From the human T2T-CHM13v2.0 reference genome, Homo sapiens, in NCBI RefSeq assembly GCF_009914755.1, contig NC_060938.1: 64,000 nt of DNA, one strand, 5' to 3'. Below are positions 1 through 13,300 of the stretch, one piece after another; position 1 is the first letter of the stretch; every line of letters starts with the position of its first letter. A program made the position numbers and the translations under genes. The notes beneath the pieces are model-generated. The model saw only the letters and a program-made list of their open reading frames with translations, was not told the DNA's origin and did no database searches.

Positions 1-128
1 TGCAGATTCCACAGAAAGACTGTTTCAAAACTGCTCTGTCAATAGAAAGGTTCAACTCTGTTAGCTGCGTGCATATATCCCAAAGAAGATTCTGAGATTG
101 CTTCTGTCTAGTTTTTATGGGAAGATAT

Positions 129-145
129 TTCCCTTTTCACCGTAG
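129..145 (-). other. pJalpha-type (A-box) motif in non-CENP-B monomers; equivalents at 471 (degenerate), 813 and 1155 in each HOR
   Basis: ttcccttttcaccgtag, ttgctttttcaccgtag and ttcctttctcaccatag lie at the position homologous to the CENP-B box, 171 bp away, and resemble the A-type monomer consensus TTCCTTTTYCACCRTAG. Confidence 0.75.
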
Positions 146-299
146 GCGTCAAGGCGCTCCAAATGTCCACTTCCAGATACTACAAAAAGAGTGTTTCAAA
201 CCTACTCTGTGAAAGGGAATATTCAACTCTGTGACTTGAATGCACATATCACAAAGAAGTTTCTGAGAATGCTTCTGTCGAGATTTTATATGAAGATAT

Positions 300-316
300 T
301 CCCGTTTCCAACGAAA
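300..316 (-). promoter_or_regulatory. CENP-B box 1 of the HOR (recurs at +1364k)
   Basis: tcccgtttccaacgaaa is the reverse complement of TTTCGTTGGAAACGGGA and matches the core NTTCGNNNNANNCGGGN. Confidence 0.97.
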
Positions 317-641
317 TGCTGAAATCTATCCAAATATCCCCTCGCAGATTCTACAAAAAGAGTGTTTCAAAACTGCTCTGTGAAAAGAAAGGTTCAACTC
401 TGTTAGTTGAGTACACACATCACAAACAAGTTTCACAGAATGCTTCTTTCTAGCTTGTAGGGGAAGATATTCCCTTTATCACCATGGGCCTCCAACCGTC
501 CGAAACATCCACTTCCATATACTACAAAAAGAGCGTTTCAAACCTGCTCTATGAAAGGCAATGTTCAACTCTGTGACTTGAATGCAGACATCACAGAGCA
601 GTTTCTGAGAATGCTTCTGTCTAGATTTTATAGGAAGATAT

Positions 642-658
642 TCCCGTTTCCAACGAAA
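642..658 (-). promoter_or_regulatory. CENP-B box 2 of the HOR (recurs at +1364k)
   Basis: tcccgtttccaacgaaa, 342 bp after box 1. Confidence 0.97.
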
Positions 659-983
659 TCTTCACAGCTATCCAAATATCCACTTGCAGATTCTACAAAA
701 AGAGTGTATCAAAACTGCTCTGTCAAAAGGAAGGTTCTTCTCTGTTAGGTGAGTGCATACGTCATAAAGGAGTTTCTGAGAATGTTTCTGTCTAGTGGTT
801 ATGGGAAGATATTTGCTTTTTCACCGTAGGCCTCAGAGCGCTCCAAATATCCACTTGCACATACTACAAAAAGAGTGCTTCAAAGCTGCTCTCTGAAACG
901 GAATGTTCAACTCTATGAGTTGAATGCAAACATCACAAAGACGTTTCTGAGAATGCTTCTGTCTAGATTTGATATGAAGATAT

Positions 984-1000
984 TCCCGTTTCCAACGAAA
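984..1000 (-). promoter_or_regulatory. CENP-B box 3 of the HOR (recurs at +1364k)
   Basis: tcccgtttccaacgaaa, 342 bp after box 2. Confidence 0.97.
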
Positions 1001-1321
1001 TCTTCAAATCTATCCAAATGTCCACTTGCAGATTCAACAAAAAGTGTTTTTCAGAACTGCTCTATCAAAAGAAAGATCCACCTCTGTTAGCTGAGTTCAC
1101 ACATCACAAACAAGTTTATGAGAATGCTTCTGTCTAGTTTTTATTTGAAGATATTTCCTTTCTCACCATAGAGCTGAAAGCTGTCCTAATGTTCACTTCC
1201 AGATACTACAGAAAGAGTGTTTCAAAACTGCTGTACGAAAGGGAATGTTCAACTCTGTGACTTGAATGCACACATCACAAAGAAGTTTCTGAGGATGCTG
1301 CTGTCTACTTTTTATACGTAA

Positions 1322-1338
1322 TCCCGTTTCCAACGAAA
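1322..1338 (-). promoter_or_regulatory. CENP-B box 4 of the HOR (recurs at +1364k)
   Basis: tcccgtttccaacgaaa, 338 bp after box 3. The adjacent sequence (tttttatacgtaa) is about 4 bp shorter than in the other box monomers. Four boxes per HOR give 187 box positions in the window. Confidence 0.97.
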
Positions 1339-4300
1339 TCCTCCAAGCTATCCAAATATCCACTTGCAGATTCCACAGAAAGACTGTTTCAAAACTGCTC
1401 TGTCAATAGAAAGGTTCAACTCTGTTAGCTGCGTGCATATATCCCAAAGAAGATTCTGAGATTGCTTCTGTCTAGTTTTTATGGGAAGATATTTCCCTTT
1501 TCACCGTAGGCGTCAAGGCGCTCCAAATGTCCACTTCCAGATACTACAAAAAGAGTGTTTCAAACCTACTCTGTGAAAGGGAATATTCAACTCTGTGACT
1601 TGAATGCACATATCACAAAGAAGTTTCTGAGAATGCTTCTGTCGAGATTTTATATGAAGATATTCCCGTTTCCAACGAAATGCTGAAATCTATCCAAATA
1701 TCCCCTCGCAGATTCTACGAAAAGAGTGTTTCAAAACTGCTCTGTGAAAAGAAAGGTTCAACTCTGTTAGTTGAGTACACACATCACAAACAAGTTTCAC
1801 AGAATGCTTCTTTCTAGCTTGTAGGGGAAGATATTCCCTTTATCACCATGGGCCTCCAACCGTCCGAAACATCCACTTCCATATACTACAAAAAGAGCGT
1901 TTCAAACCTGCTCTATGAAAGGCAATGTTCAACTCTGTGACTTGAATGCAGACATCACAGAGCAGTTTCTGAGAATGCTTCTGTCTAGATTTTATAGGAA
2001 GATATTCCCGTTTCCAACGAAATCTTCACAGCTATCCAAATATCCACTTGCAGATTCTACAAAAAGAGTGTATCAAAACTGCTCTGTCAAAAGGAAGGTT
2101 CTTCTCTGTTAGGTGAGTGCATACGTCATAAAGGAGTTTCTGAGAATGTTTCTGTCTAGTGGTTATGGGAAGATATTTGCTTTTTCACCGTAGGCCTCAG
2201 AGCGCTCCAAATATCCACTTGCACATACTACAAAAAGAGTGCTTCAAAGCTGCTCTCTGAAACGGAATGTTCAACTCTATGAGTTGAATGCAAACATCAC
2301 AAAGACGTTTCTGAGAATGCTTCTGTCTAGATTTGATATGAAGATATTCCCGTTTCCAACGAAATCTTCAAATCTATCCAAATGTCCACTTGCAGATTCA
2401 ACAAAAAGTGTTTTTCAGAACTGCTCTATCAAAAGAAAGATCCACCTCTGTTAGCTGAGTTCACACATCACAAACAAGTTTATGAGAATGCTTCTGTCTA
2501 GTTTTTATTTGAAGATATTTCCTTTCTCACCATAGAGCTGAAAGCTGTCCTAATGTTCACTTCCAGATACTACAGAAAGAGTGTTTCAAAACTGCTGTAC
2601 GAAAGGGAATGTTCAACTCTGTGACTTGAATGCACACATCACAAAGAAGTTTCTGAGGATGCTGCTGTCTACTTTTTATACGTAATCCCGTTTCCAACGA
2701 AATCCTCCAAGCTATCCAAATATCCACTTGCAGATTCCACAGAAAGACTGTTTCAAAACTGCTCTGTCAATAGAAAGGTTCAACTCTGTTAGCTGCGTGC
2801 ATATATCCCAAAGAAGATTCTGAGATTGCTTCTGTCTAGTTTTTATGGGAAGATATTTCCCTTTTCACCGTAGGCGTCAAGGCGCTCCAAATGTCCACTT
2901 CCAGATACTACAAAAAGAGTGTTTCAAACCTACTCTGTGAAAGGGAATATTCAACTCTGTGACTTGAATGCACATATCACAAAGAAGTTTCTGAGAATGC
3001 TTCTGTCGAGATTTTATATGAAGATATTCCCGTTTCCAACGAAATGCTGAAATATATCCAAATATCCCCTCGCAGATTCTACAAAAAGAGTGTTTCAAAA
3101 CTGCTCTGTGAAAAGAAAGGTTCAACTCTGTTAGTTGAGTACACACATCACAAACAAGTTTCACACAATGCTTCTTTCTAGCTTGTAGGGGAAGATATTC
3201 CCTTTATCACCATGGGCCTCAAACCGTCCGATAAGTCCACTTCCATATACTACAAAAAGAGCGTTTCAAACCTGCTCTATGAAAGGCAATGTTCAACTCT
3301 GTGACTTGAATGCAGACATCACAGAGCAGTTTCTGAGAATGCTTCTGTCTAGATTTTATAGGAAGATATTCCCGTTTCCAACGAAATCTTCACAGCTATC
3401 CAAATATCCACTTGCAGATTCTACAAAAAGAGTGTATCAAAACTGCTCTGTCAAAAGGAAGGTTCTTTTCTGTTAGGTGAGTGCATACGTCATAAAGGAG
3501 TTTCTGAGAATGTTTCTGTCTAGTGGTTATGGGAAGATATTTGCTTTTTCACCGTAGGCCTCAGAGCGCTCCAAATATCCACTTGCACATACTACAAAAA
3601 GAGTGCCTCAAAGCTGCTCTCTGAAACGGAATGTTCAACTCTATGAGTTGAATGGAAACATCGCAAAGACGTTTCTGAGAATGCTTCTGTCTAGATTTGA
3701 TATGAAGATATTCCCGTTTCCAACGAAATCTTCAAATCTATCCAAATGTCCACTTGCAGATTCAACAAAAAGTGTTTTTCAGAACTGCTCTATCAAAAGA
3801 AAGATCCACCTCTGTTAGCTGAGTTCACACATCACAAACAAGTTTATGAGAATGCTTCTGTCTAGTTTTTATTTGAAGATATTTCCTTTCTCACCATAGA
3901 GCTGAAAGCTGTCCTAATGTTCACTTCCAGATACTACAGAAAGAGTGTTTCAAAACTGCTGTACGAAAGGGAATGTTCAACTATGTGACTTGAATGCACA
4001 CATCACAAAGGAGTTTCTGAGGATGCTGCTGTCTACTTTTTATACGTAATCCCGTTTCCAACGAAATCCTCCAAGCTATCCAAATATCCACTTGCAGATT
4101 CCACAGAAAGACTGTTTCAAAACTGCTCTGTCAATAGAAAGGTTCAACTCTGTTAGCTGCGTGCATATATCCCAAAGAAGATTCTGAGATTGCTTCTGTC
4201 TAGTTTTTATGGGAAGATATTTCCCTTTTCACCGTAGGTGTCAAGGCGCTCCAAATGTCCACTTCCAGATACTACAAAAAGAGTGTTTCAAACCTACTCT

Positions 4301-7300
4301 GTGAAAGGGAATATTCAACTCTGTGACTTGAATGCACATATCACAAAGAAGTTTCTGAGAATGCTTCTGTCGAGATTTTATATGAAGATATTCCCGTTTC
4401 CAACGAAATGCTGAAATCTATCCAAATATCCCCTCGCAGATTCTACAAAAAGAGTGTTTCAAAACTGCTCTGTGAAAAGAAAGGTTCAACTCTGTTAGTT
4501 GAGTACACACATCACAAACAAGTTTCACAGAATGCTTCTTTCTAGCTTGTAGGGGAAGATATTCCCTTTATCACCATGGGCCTCCAACCGTCCGAAACAT
4601 CCACTTCCATATACTACAAAAAGAGCGTTTCAAACCTGCTCTATGAAAGGCAATGTTCAACTCTGTGACTTGAATGCAGACATCACAGAGCAGTTTCTGA
4701 GAATGCTTCTGTCTAGATTTTATAGGAAGATATTCCCGTTTCCAACGAAATCTTCACAGCTATCCAAATATCCACTTGCAGATTCTACAAAAAGAGTGTA
4801 TCAAAACTGCTCTGTCAAAAGGAAGGTTCTTCTCTGTTAGGTGAGTGCATACGTCATAAAGGAGTTTCTGAGAATGTTTCTGTCTAGTGGTTATGGGAAG
4901 ATATTTGCTTTTTCACCGTAGGCCTCAGAGCGCTCCAAATATCCACTTGCACATACTACAAAAAGAGTGCTTCAAAGCTGCTCTCTGAAACGGAATGTTC
5001 AACTCTATGAGTTGAATGCAAACATCACAAAGACGTTTCTGAGAATGCTTCTGTCTAGATTTGATATGAAGATATTCCCGTTTCCAACGAAATCTTCAAA
5101 TCTATCCAAATGTCCACTTGCAGATTCAACAAAAAGTGTTTTTCAGAACTGCTCTATCAAAAGAAAGATCCACCTCTGTTAGCTGAGTTCACACATCACA
5201 AACAAGTTTATGAGAATGCTTCTGTCTAGTTTTTATTTGAAGATATTTCCTTTCTCACCATAGAGCTGAAAGCTGTCCTAATGTTCACTTCCAGATACTA
5301 CAGAAAGAGTGTTTCAAAACTGCTGTACGAAAGGGAATGTTCAACTATGTGACTTGAATGCACACATCACAAAGAAGTTTCTGAGGATGCTGCTGTCTAC
5401 TTTTTATACGTAATCCCGTTTCCAACGAAATCCTCCAAGCTATCCAAATATCCACTTGCAGATTCCACAGAAAGACTGTTTCAAAACTGCTCTGTCAATA
5501 GAAAGGTTCAACTCTGTTAGCTGCATGCATATATCCCAAAGAAGATTCTGAGATTGCTTCTGTCTAGTTTTTATGGGAAGATATTTCCCTTTTCACCGTA
5601 GGCGTCAAGGCGCTCCAAATGTCCACTTCCAGATACTACAAAAAGAGTGTTTCAAACCTACTCTGTGAAAGGGAATATTCAACTCTGTGACTTGAATGCA
5701 CATATCTCAAGGAAGTTTCTGAGAATGCTTCTGTCGAGATTTTATATGAAGATATTCCCGTTTCCAACGAAATCCTGAAATGTATCCAAATATCCCCTTG
5801 CAGATTCTACAAAAAGAGTGTTTCAAAACTGCTCTGTAAAAAGAAAGGTTCAACTCTGTTAGTTGAGTACACACATCACAAACAAGTTTCACACAATGCT
5901 TCTTTCTAGCTTGTAGGGGAAGATATTCCCTTTATCACCATGGGCCTCAAACCGTCCGATAAGTCCACTTCCATATACTACAAAAAGAGCGTTTCAAACC
6001 TGCTCTATGAAAGGCAATGTTCAACTCTGTGACTTGAATGCAGACATCACAGAGCAGTTTCTGAGAATGCTTCTGTCTAGATTTTATAGGAAGATATTCC
6101 CGTTTCCAAAGAAATCTTCACAGCTATCCAAATATCCACTTGCAGATTCTACAAAAAGAGTGTATCAAAACTGCTCTGTCAAAAGGAAGGTTCTTTTCTG
6201 TTAGGTGAGTGCATACGTCATAAAGGAGTTTCTGAGAATGTTTCTGTCTAGTGGTTATGGGAAGATATTTGCTTTTTCACCGTAGGCCTCAGAGCGCTCC
6301 AAATATCCACTTGCACATACTACAAAAAGAGTGCCTCAAAGCTGCTCTCTGAAACGGAATGTTCAACTCTATGAGTTGAATGCAAACATCGCAAAGACGT
6401 TTCTGAGAATGCTTCTGTCTAGATTTGATATGAAGATATTCCCGTTTCCAACGAAATCTTCAAATCTATCCAAATGTCCACTTGCAGATTCAACAAAAAG
6501 TGTTTTTCAGAACTGCTCTATCAAAAGAAAGATCCACCTCTGTTAGCTGAGTTCACACATCACAAACAAGTTTATGAGAATGCTTCTGTCTAGTTTTTAT
6601 TTGAAGATATTTCCTTTCTCACCATAGAGCTGAAAGCTGTCCTAATGTTCACTTCCAGATACTACAGAAAGAGTGTTTCAAAACTGCTGTACGAAAGGGA
6701 ATGTTCAACTATGTGACTTGAATGCACACATCACAAAGGAGTTTCTGAGGATGCTGCTGTCTACTTTTTATACGTAATCCCGTTTCCAACGAAATCCTCC
6801 AAGCTATCCAAATATCCACTTGCAGATTCCACAGAAAGACTGTTTCAAAACTGCTCTGTCAATAGAAAGGTTCAACTCTGTTAGCTGCGTGCATATATCC
6901 CAAAGAAGATTCTGAGATTGCTTCTGTCTAGTTTTTATGGGAAGATATTTCCCTTTTCACCGTAGGCGTCAAGGCGCTCCAAATGTCCACTTCCAGATAC
7001 TACAAAAAGAGTGTTTCAAACCTACTCTGTGAAAGGGAATATTCAACTCTGTGACTTGAATGCACATATCACAAAGAAGTTTCTGAGAATGCTTCTGTCG
7101 AGATTTTATATGAAGATATTCCCGTTTCCAACGAAATGCTGAAATCTATCCAAATATCCCCTCGCAGATTCTACGAAAAGAGTGTTTCAAAACTGCTCTG
7201 TGAAAAGAAAGGTTCAACTCTGTTAGTTGAGTACACACATCACAAACAAGTTTCACAGAATGCTTCTTTCTAGCTTGTAGGGGAAGATATTCCCTTTATC

Positions 7301-10300
7301 ACCATGGGCCTCCAACCGTCCGAAACATCCACTTCCATATACTACAAAAAGAGCGTTTCAAACCTGCTCTATGAAAGGCAATGTTCAACTCTGTGACTTG
7401 AATGCAGACATCACAGAGCAGTTTCTGAGAATGCTTCTGTCTAGATTTTATAGGAAGATATTCCCGTTTCCAACGAAATCTTCACAGCTATCCAAATATC
7501 CACTTGCAGATTCTACAAAAAGAGTGTATCAAAACTGCTCTGTCAAAAGGAAGGTTCTTCTCTGTTAGGTGAGTGCATACGTCATAAAGGAGTTTCTGAG
7601 AATGTTTCTGTCTAGTGGTTATGGGAAGATATTTGCTTTTTCACCGTAGGCCTCAGAGCGCTCCAAATATCCACTTGCACATACTACAAAAAGAGTGCTT
7701 CAAAGCTGCTCTCTGAAACGGAATGTTCAACTCTATGAGTTGAATGCAAACATCACAAAGACGTTTCTGAGAATGCTTCTGTCTAGATTTGATATGAAGA
7801 TATTCCCGTTTCCAACGAAATCTTCAAATCTATCCAAATGTCCACTTGCAGATTCAACAAAAAGTGTTTTTCAGAACTGCTCTATCAAAAGAAAGATCCA
7901 CCTCTGTTAGCTGAGTTCACACATCACAAACAAGTTTATGAGAATGCTTCTGTCTAGTTTTTATTTGAAGATATTTCCTTTCTCACCATAGAGCTGAAAG
8001 CTGTCCTAATGTTCACTTCCAGATACTACAGAAAGAGTGTTTCAAAACTGCTGTACGAAAGGGAATGTTCAACTCTGTGACTTGAATGCACACATCACAA
8101 AGAAGTTTCTGAGGATGCTGCTGTCTACTTTTTATACGTAATCCCGTTTCCAACGAAATCCTCCAAGCTATCCAAATATCCACTTGCAGATTCCACAGAA
8201 AGACTGTTTCAAAACTGCTCTGTCAATAGAAAGGTTCAACTCTGTTAGCTGCGTGCATATATCCCAAAGAAGATTCTGAGATTGCTTCTGTCTAGTTTTT
8301 ATGGGAAGATATTTCCCTTTTCACCGTAGGCGTCAAGGCGCTCCAAATGTCCACTTCCAGATACTACAAAAAGAGTGTTTCAAACCTACTCTGTGAAAGG
8401 GAATATTCAACTCTGTGACTTGAATGCACATATCACAAGGAAGTTTCTGAGAATGCTTCTGTCGAGATTTTATATGAAGATATTCCCGTTTCCAACGAAA
8501 TCCTGAAATCTATCCAAATATCCCCTTGCAGATTCTACAAAAAGAGTGTTTCAAAACTGCTCTGTAAAAAGAAAGGTTCAACTCTGTTAGTTGAGTACAC
8601 ACATCACAAACAAGTTTCACAGAATGCTTCTTTCTAGCTTGTAGGGGAAGATATTCCCTTTATCACCATGGGCCTCCAACCGTCCGAAACATCCACTTCC
8701 ATATACTACAAAAAGAGCGTTTCAAACCTGCTCTATGAAAGGCAATGTTCAACTCTGTGACTTGAATGCAGACATCACAGAGCAGTTTCTGAGAATGCTT
8801 CTGTCTAGATTTTATAGGAAGATATTCCCGTTTCCAACGAAATCTTCACAGCTATCCAAATATCCACTTGCAGATTCTACAAAAAGAGTGTATCAAAACT
8901 GCTCTGTCAAAAGGAAGGTTCTTCTCTGTTAGGTGAGTGCATACGTCATAAAGGAGTTTCTGAGAATGTTTCTGTCTAGTGGTTATGGGAAGATATTTGC
9001 TTTTTCACCGTAGGCCTCAGAGCGCTCCAAATATCCACTTGCACATACTACAAAAAGAGTGCCTCAAAGCTGCTCTCTGAAACGGAATGTTCAACTCTAT
9101 GAGTTGAATGCAAACATCGCAAAGACGTTTCTGAGAATGCTTCTGTCTAGATTTGATATGAAGATATTCCCGTTTCCAACGAAATCTTCAAATCTATCCA
9201 AATGTCCACTTGCAGATTCAACAAAAAGTGTTTTTCAGAACTGCTCTATCAAAAGAAAGATCCACCTCTGTTAGCTGAGTTCACACATCACAAACAAGTT
9301 TATGAGAATGCTTCTGTCTAGTTTTTATTTGAAGATATTTCCTTTCTCACCATAGAGCTGAAAGCTGTCCTAATGTTCACTTCCAGATACTACAGAAAGA
9401 GTGTTTCAAAACTGCTGTACGAAAGGGAATGTTCAACTCTGTGACTTGAATGCACACATCACAAAGAAGTTTCTGAGGATGCTGCTGTCTACTTTTTATA
9501 CGTAATCCCGTTACCAACGAAATCCTCCAAGCTATCCAAATATCCACTTGCAGATTCCACAGAAAGACTGTTTCAAAACTGCTCTGTCAATAGAAAGGTT
9601 CAACTCTGTTAGCTGCGTGCATATATCCCAAAGAAGATTCTGAGATTGCTTCTGTCTAGTTTTTATGGGAAGATATTTCCCTTTTCACCGTAGGCGTCAA
9701 GGCGCTCCAAATGTCCACTTCCAGATACTACAAAAAGAGTGTTTCAAACCTACTCTGTGAAAGGGAATATTCAACTCTGTGACTTGAATGCACATATCAC
9801 AAAGAAGTTTCTGAGAATGCTTCTGTCGAGATTTTATATGAAGATATTCCCGTTTCCAACGAAATGCTGAAATCTATCCAAATATCCCCTCGCAGATTCT
9901 ACGAAAAGAGTGTTTCAAAACTGCTCTGTGAAAAGAAAGGTTCAACTCTGTTAGTTGAGTACACACATCACAAACAAGTTTCACAGAATGCTTCTTTCTA
10001 GCTTGTAGGGGAAGATATTCCCTTTATCACCATGGGCCTCCAACCGTCCGAAACATCCACTTCCATATACTACAAAAAGAGCGTTTCAAACCTGCTCTAT
10101 GAAAGGCAATGTTCAACTCTGTGACTTGAATGCAGACATCACAGAGCAGTTTCTGAGAATGCTTCTGTCTAGATTTTATAGGAAGATATTCCCGTTTCCA
10201 ACGAAATCTTCACAGCTATCCAAATATCCACTTGCAGATTCTACAAAAAGAGTGTATCAAAACTGCTCTGTCAAAAGGAAGGTTCTTCTCTGTTAGGTGA

Positions 10301-13300
10301 GTGCATACGTCATAAAGGAGTTTCTGAGAATGTTTCTGTCTAGTGGTTATAGGAAGATATTTGCTTTTTCACCGTAGGCCTCAGAGCGCTCCAAATATCC
10401 ACTTGCACATACTACAAAAAGAGTGCTTCAAAGCTGCTCTCTGAAACGGAATGTTCAACTCTATGAGTTGAATGCAAACATCACAAAGACGTTTCTGAGA
10501 ATGCTTCTGTCTAGATTTGATATGAAGATATTCCCGTTTCCAACGAAATCTTCAAATCTATCCAAATGTCCACTTGCAGATTCAACAAAAAGTGTTTTTC
10601 AGAACTGCTCTATCAAAAGAAAAATCCACCTCTGTTAGCTGAGTTCACACATCACAAACAAGTTTATGAGAATGCTTCTGTCTAGTTTTTATTTGAAGAT
10701 ATTTCCTTTCTCACCATAGAGCTGAAAGCTGTCCTAATGTTCACTTCCAGATACTACAGAAAGAGTGTTTCAAAACTGCTGTACGAAAGGGAATGTTCAA
10801 CTCTGTGACTTGAATGCACACATCACAAAGAAGTTTCTGAGGATGCTGCTGTCTACTTTTTATACGTAATCCCGTTTCCAACGAAATCCTCCAAGCTATC
10901 CAAATATCCACTTGCAGATTCCACAGAAAGACTGTTTCAAAACTGCTCTGTCAATAGAAAGGTTCAACTCTGTTAGCTGCGTGCATATATCCCAAAGAAG
11001 ATTCTGAGATTGCTTCTGTCTAGTTTTTATGGGAAGATATTTCCCTTTTCACCGTAGGCGTCAAGGCGCTCCAAATGTCCACTTCCAGATACTACAAAAA
11101 GAGTGTTTCAAACCTACTCTGTGAAAGGGAATATTCAACTCTGTGACTTGAATGCACATATCACAAGGAAGTTTCTGAGAATGCTTCTGTCGAGATTTTA
11201 TATGAAGATATTCCCGTTTCCAACGAAATCCTGAAATCTATCCAAATATCCCCTTGCAGATTCTACAAAAAGAGTGTTTCAAAACTGCTCTGTAAAAAGA
11301 AAGGTTCAACTCTGTTAGTTGAGTACACACATCACAAACAAGTTTCACAGAATGCTTCTTTCTAGCTTGTAGGGGAAGATATTCCCTTTATCACCATGGG
11401 CCTCCAACCGTCCGAAACATCCACTTCCATATACTACAAAAAGAGCGTTTCAAACCTGCTCTATGAAAGGCAATGTTCAACTCTGTGACTTGAATGCAGA
11501 CATCACAGAGCAGTTTCTGAGAATGCTTCTGTCTAGATTTTATAGGAAGATATTCCCGTTTCCAACGAAATCTTCACAGCTATCCAAATATCCACTTGCA
11601 GATTCTACAAAAAGAGTGTATCAAAACTGCTCTGTCAAAAGGAAGGTTCTTCTCTGTTAGGTGAGTGCATACGTCATAAAGGAGTTTCTGAGAATGTTTC
11701 TGTCTAGTGGTTATGGGAAGATATTTGCTTTTTCACCGTAGGCCTCAGAGCGCTCCAAATATCCACTTGCACATACTACAAAAAGAGTGCCTCAAAGCTG
11801 CTCTCTGAAACGGAATGTTCAACTCTATGAGTTGAATGCAAACATCGCAAAGACGTTTCTGAGAATGCTTCTGTCTAGATTTGATATGAAGATATTCCCG
11901 TTTCCAACGAAATCTTCAAATCTATCCAAATGTCCACTTGCAGATTCAACAAAAAGTGTTTTTCAGAACTGCTCTATCAAAAGAAAGATCCACCTCTGTT
12001 AGCTGAGTTCACACATCACAAACAAGTTTATGAGAATGCTTCTGTCTAGTTTTTATTTGAAGATATTTCCTTTCTCACCATAGAGCTGAAAGCTGTCCTA
12101 ATGTTCACTTCCAGATACTACAGAAAGAGTGTTTCAAAACTGCTGTACGAAAGGGAATGTTCAACTCTGTGACTTGAATGCACACATCACAAAGAAGTTT
12201 CTGAGGATGCTGCTGTCTACTTTTTATACGTAATCCCGTTACCAACGAAATCCTCCAAGCTATCCAAATATCCACTTGCAGATTCCACAGAAAGACTGTT
12301 TCAAAACTGCTCTGTCAATAGAAAGGTTCAACTCTGTTAGCTGCGTGCATATATCCCAAAGAAGATTCTGAGATTGCTTCTGTCTAGTTTTTATGGGAAG
12401 ATATTTCCCTTTTCACCGTAGGCGTCAAGGCGCTCCAAATGTCCACTTCCAGATACTACAAAAAGAGTGTTTCAAACCTACTCTGTGAAAGGGAATATTC
12501 AACTCTGTGACTTGAATGCACATATCACAAAGAAGTTTCTGAGAATGCTTCTGTCGAGATTTTATATGAAGATATTCCCGTTTCCAACGAAATGCTGAAA
12601 TCTATCCAAATATCCCCTCGCAGATTCTACGAAAAGAGTGTTTCAAAACTGCTCTGTGAAAAGAAAGGTTCAACTCTGTTAGTTGAGTACACACATCACA
12701 AACAAGTTTCACAGAATGCTTCTTTCTAGCTTGTAGGGGAAGATATTCCCTTTATCACCATGGGCCTCCAACCGTCCGAAACATCCACTTCCATATACTA
12801 CAAAAAGAGCGTTTCAAACCTGCTCTATGAAAGGCAATGTTCAACTCTGTGACTTGAATGCAGACATCACAGAGCAGTTTCTGAGAATGCTTCTGTCTAG
12901 ATTTTATAGGAAGATATTCCCGTTTCCAACGAAATCTTCACAGCTATCCAAATATCCACTTGCAGATTCTACAAAAAGAGTGTATCAAAACTGCTCTGTC
13001 AAAAGGAAGGTTCTTCTCTGTTAGGTGAGTGCATACGTCATAAAGGAGTTTCTGAGAATGTTTCTGTCTAGTGGTTATGGGAAGATATTTGCTTTTTCAC
13101 CGTAGGCCTCAGAGCGCTCCAAATATCCACTTGCACATACTACAAAAAGAGTGCTTCAAAGCTGCTCTCTGAAACGGAATGTTCAACTCTATGAGTTGAA
13201 TGCAAACATCACAAAGACGTTTCTGAGAATGCTTCTGTCTAGATTTGATATGAAGATATTCCCGTTTCCAACGAAATCTTCAAATCTATCCAAATGTCCA

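Larger units (their letters stand above)
1..1364 (-). repeat. Representative HOR unit: 8 monomers, SF2-like dimeric organisation; probably the chromosome 14/22 shared live HOR (D14Z9/D22Z1, S2C14/22H1L)
   Basis: Seen: equivalent box positions at 129, 300, 471, 642, 813, 984, 1155, 1322, 1493 give spacings of 171 x7 and one of 167. The unit has XbaI sites (tctaga at 620 and 963), one TaqI site (278) and no EcoRI site. Inference from recall: an ~1.36-kb XbaI/TaqI 8-mer fits the chr14/22 family. Other SF2 arrays (D18Z1 8-mer variant, D20Z2) are not excluded without alignment, and chr14 cannot be told from chr22 by eye. Confidence 0.65.
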
